Under the pieces are notes generated by a model. That model was given only the letters and a program-made list of their open reading frames with translations. It made no database searches and was not told the origin of the DNA. Shown one piece after another: positions 38,726 through 41,070 of a DNA stretch of 41,070 nucleotides. The stretch is from an uncultured archaeon. Its GTDB lineage: Archaea; Asgardarchaeota; Lokiarchaeia; Sigyniarchaeales; SOKP01. Both the position numbers and the translations under genes were made by a program. The stretch lies in NCBI GenBank assembly GCA_964447495.1, contig CAYUTF010000021.1, positions 1 to 41,070 of the forward strand, read 5' to 3'. Every line of letters begins with the position of its first letter. The stretch's first letter is position 1.

Positions 38726-39208
38726 ATGATGAAAGCAACAGTAATATATGAAGATCGTTTCGATATTGGTGCAAATAAAGCCTTTGAGCTTACGATGCAG
38801 TGGTTAAGGAGTCAACATAAAGCTAAAATTAAAAAAACAACTCCATACAACTTTATCGAAGCGAAGCAGGGAACCATGATGGCAAATACGGGTCATGATC
38901 CAAATTGGAAAAAGAAAATTCGAATAAGTTTTTATCAATTAGAACAAAACAAAATTCTCGTTAGAGTAGAAGCAACACCTCTTTCGCGCAATATTTTCAG
39001 GATAGAAAAACTTAAACAATCATGGTATAATGGCCTTTTTAGCCATTATTTTTCTATTCTTCAAACTGCTCAAGAAACTAAAATAAAAGAAGATATATTG
39101 AAAAAAGAACCTATAACTCAAACAATCACTAAATATTGCCCCAATTGTGGAAAGGAAGTAGATAAAAATGCTATTATTTGCCCCAGATGTGGAGTTGATA
39201 TCATTTAA
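38726..39208 (+). CDS. Hypothetical protein with C-terminal zinc ribbon
   Basis: YCPNCG...ICPRCG. Confidence 0.75.
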   Translation: MMKATVIYEDRFDIGANKAFELTMQWLRSQHKAKIKKTTPYNFIEAKQGTMMANTGHDPNWKKKIRISFYQLEQNKILVRVEATPLSRNIFRIEKLKQSWYNGLFSHYFSILQTAQETKIKEDILKKEPITQTITKYCPNCGKEVDKNAIICPRCGVDII

Positions 39209-39275
39209 GAAAAGAGGGCTATATTTTTATTATATAATTTTATTATGAGGGAATTAAAGGCTTCGATGACCCTTT

Positions 39276-39398
39276 TTATTTTGAATTAATTCTCTCAAAC
39301 TGATTCCAATTATTTAAAATTTCAAGAGTTTCATCCAGTTTACCAACATCAAAAAGTTGTTCCACTTTTGCTAATTGTTTTAATTCAAGTTGGGTCAT
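39276..39398 (-). pseudogene. 40-aa ORF, probable truncated N-terminus of a TPR-like protein
   Basis: MTQLELKQLAKVEQLFDVGKLDETLEILNNWNQFERINSK* has a TPR-like A..LF..GK.DE.LE.L pattern and then stops. Confidence 0.5.
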
Positions 39399-39546
39399 AT
39401 AATAAATTGATTTGGATTACCTTATGGATATAGTAAGCTAATTGCGACTATAAAGGTGATCTTAGAAATGAAAATGGGATAAAAGTAATATTAATAAATT
39501 TTTGAATTGAGGATATATATAAAATTAGAAAAAAAGTGAATATATA

Positions 39547-40821
39547 TTGCAAACGAAAGAAGTATGGCTTATTGATTATGCACGTACGGCATTTTCACGT
39601 TCCAGACCAGATCAACCCGAAAGAGACGTTTTTGGCGAAATTCGGGGAGATGAATTGCTTGCTAATTTATTAGTAAAATTTTTTGATGAAAAATTAGCTA
39701 ATAAAGGCATAGCCAAAAAAGATATCGAAGAAGCATCAATAGGTATAGCTTCTGGCGTATTAGAAAATTGGACTTATGGTGGAAAAATTCCTCTCTATTT
39801 AGCAGGGTTTCCAAATGAAGTATCCTCATTTATGATTGATAAACAATGTGCTTCTGCGGGTGCTGGAATGCATGCATTAATCATGCATATTATGACAGGT
39901 AATAGTAAAATTGTTTTAGCAACTGGGTTTGAACATATGACAAGAGTTCGGAGAATTGGAATTGTTCCTGAATGGGAGCGATTTAATGATCAAAAAAGTA
40001 AGTATTATCGTCCTGAACTTGATATTATGAACTCAGTCAATATGTTACAAACTGCTCAAAGATTATATGAAGAAGAAATACCACGATTTACAAAAGATGA
40101 TTTAGACAAATTTGGTGTAAGAAGCCATAATTTAACAATTAAAAGTCAAGAAGAAGGATGGTTTAAAGGAGAAATAATACCGATGGAAGGTCATGTTGAG
40201 AAAAATGTGGATGAACCAATGATGGTGGATAGAGATATGGCAGCAAGAAAATCTAAATTGGAGGTTGTTTCTGAACTACCAAGAATTTCAACACCGTTCT
40301 ATTTAGAAAAAAATGGTGGCAAACATGGTTATATTGAAAGAGAGGGAACTGAAGAAGGTGTAATAACAGCAGCGAATTCATCACCCCTGAATGCAGGAGC
40401 TACAGCAGCAATTTTAATGGAAGCAGAAGAAGCAAAAAGAAGAGGATTAGAACCAATGGCACGGATCGTCTCAATCGGTTGGGCAGGAGTAGATCCAAGA
40501 GTTATGGGGCGAGGTCCCGTTCCTGCAAGTCGAAAAGCATTAGAATACGCAGGATTGAAAGCTGAAGATATTGACTATTGGGAAATAAATGAGGCTTTTT
40601 GCATTGTTGCTTTAAATTGTATGGATAAATTCAATATTCTTGAAGAGAAAGTTAATGTTATGGGGGGTTCTACCGCGATAGGGCATCCTTTAGGGGCAAC
40701 AGTTATCCGTCTTACTGGAACATTAGCACGTATATTAAAAGATAAAAAAGCAAAATATGGGTTAGCGAATGCCTGTGTGGGAGGGGGCCAGGGAGTAGCT
40801 ACGATTATAGAAAGAATTTAG
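39547..40821 (+). CDS. Acetyl-CoA C-acyltransferase (thiolase)
   Basis: DKQCASAG active Cys, NEAF, GHPLGA, CVGGGQG; TTG start 8 nt after AGTG. Confidence 0.93.
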   Translation: MQTKEVWLIDYARTAFSRSRPDQPERDVFGEIRGDELLANLLVKFFDEKLANKGIAKKDIEEASIGIASGVLENWTYGGKIPLYLAGFPNEVSSFMIDKQCASAGAGMHALIMHIMTGNSKIVLATGFEHMTRVRRIGIVPEWERFNDQKSKYYRPELDIMNSVNMLQTAQRLYEEEIPRFTKDDLDKFGVRSHNLTIKSQEEGWFKGEIIPMEGHVEKNVDEPMMVDRDMAARKSKLEVVSELPRISTPFYLEKNGGKHGYIEREGTEEGVITAANSSPLNAGATAAILMEAEEAKRRGLEPMARIVSIGWAGVDPRVMGRGPVPASRKALEYAGLKAEDIDYWEINEAFCIVALNCMDKFNILEEKVNVMGGSTAIGHPLGATVIRLTGTLARILKDKKAKYGLANACVGGGQGVATIIERI

Positions 40822-41007
40822 CTCCTTTTTTGATATGAGACTTTTATAGATTTTATCACTTTAACCAAGTGGCTTATAGAAGCTTTACTTAATTTATATA
40901 TCAGTTCAATAATTAATTAAAGTAATAATCCCTAAAAAACAATTATAAACATCAATTTCTTATAAAATTCAGAGCATGAAAAATTTTTTACTCAACAATT
41001 TTAATAG

Positions 41008-41070
41008 GTGAGATTAATAACACTAACCGGAATCCACTTTTTATTGACTTATTCATGTAATTATGAATGC
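41008..41070 (+). CDS. 5' end of a probable radical SAM protein (truncated by the window edge)
   Basis: (V/M)RLITLTGIHFLLTYSCNYEC: hydrophobic strand + LT..CN..C, the start of a CxxxCxxC motif; AGGTGAG RBS-like site. Confidence 0.6.
   Translation, partial: MRLITLTGIHFLLTYSCNYEC

Noticed and set aside
1-41070. CRISPR arrays, tRNA/rRNA genes, transposases, integrases, defence systems
   Set aside because: No periodic repeat-spacer pattern, no GC-rich structural RNA-length segment and no matching protein motifs were seen by eye

Overview
AT-rich (roughly 30% GC by eye), gene-dense archaeal window. It is most likely from a Lokiarchaeia/Asgard genome, inferred from a Rab-like GTPase, HEAT/LRR proteins, duplicated URO-D-like and ADP-forming acyl-CoA synthetase paralogues, GGTG(A)/GGAGG ribosome-binding sites and oligo-T terminators. 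About 35 genes cover acyl-CoA/lipid catabolism, a glycoside/glycolipid-processing cluster (GH172, GH5 endoglycoceramidase-like, Gfo/Idh/MocA, M24, SCP2, PIG-L, DMT, MFS) and a 2-oxoacid:ferredoxin oxidoreductase operon. The most striking observations are: (1) the oxidoreductase beta subunit is circularly permuted, with the break inside the TPP-binding motif; (2) several genes appear to initiate at ATT (possibly also ACG/ATA) 6-7 nt after a GGTG Shine-Dalgarno, most clearly the Rab-like GTPase; (3) a Rab-GTPase/TrmB-like regulator operon has a perfect 14-bp palindrome at its predicted promoter; (4) tandem candidate TetR operators, a structured leader plus unannotated small ORF, and a gene split by a -1 frameshift. 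No rRNA, tRNA, CRISPR array or transposase was seen. All family assignments come from motif recognition, not database searches.
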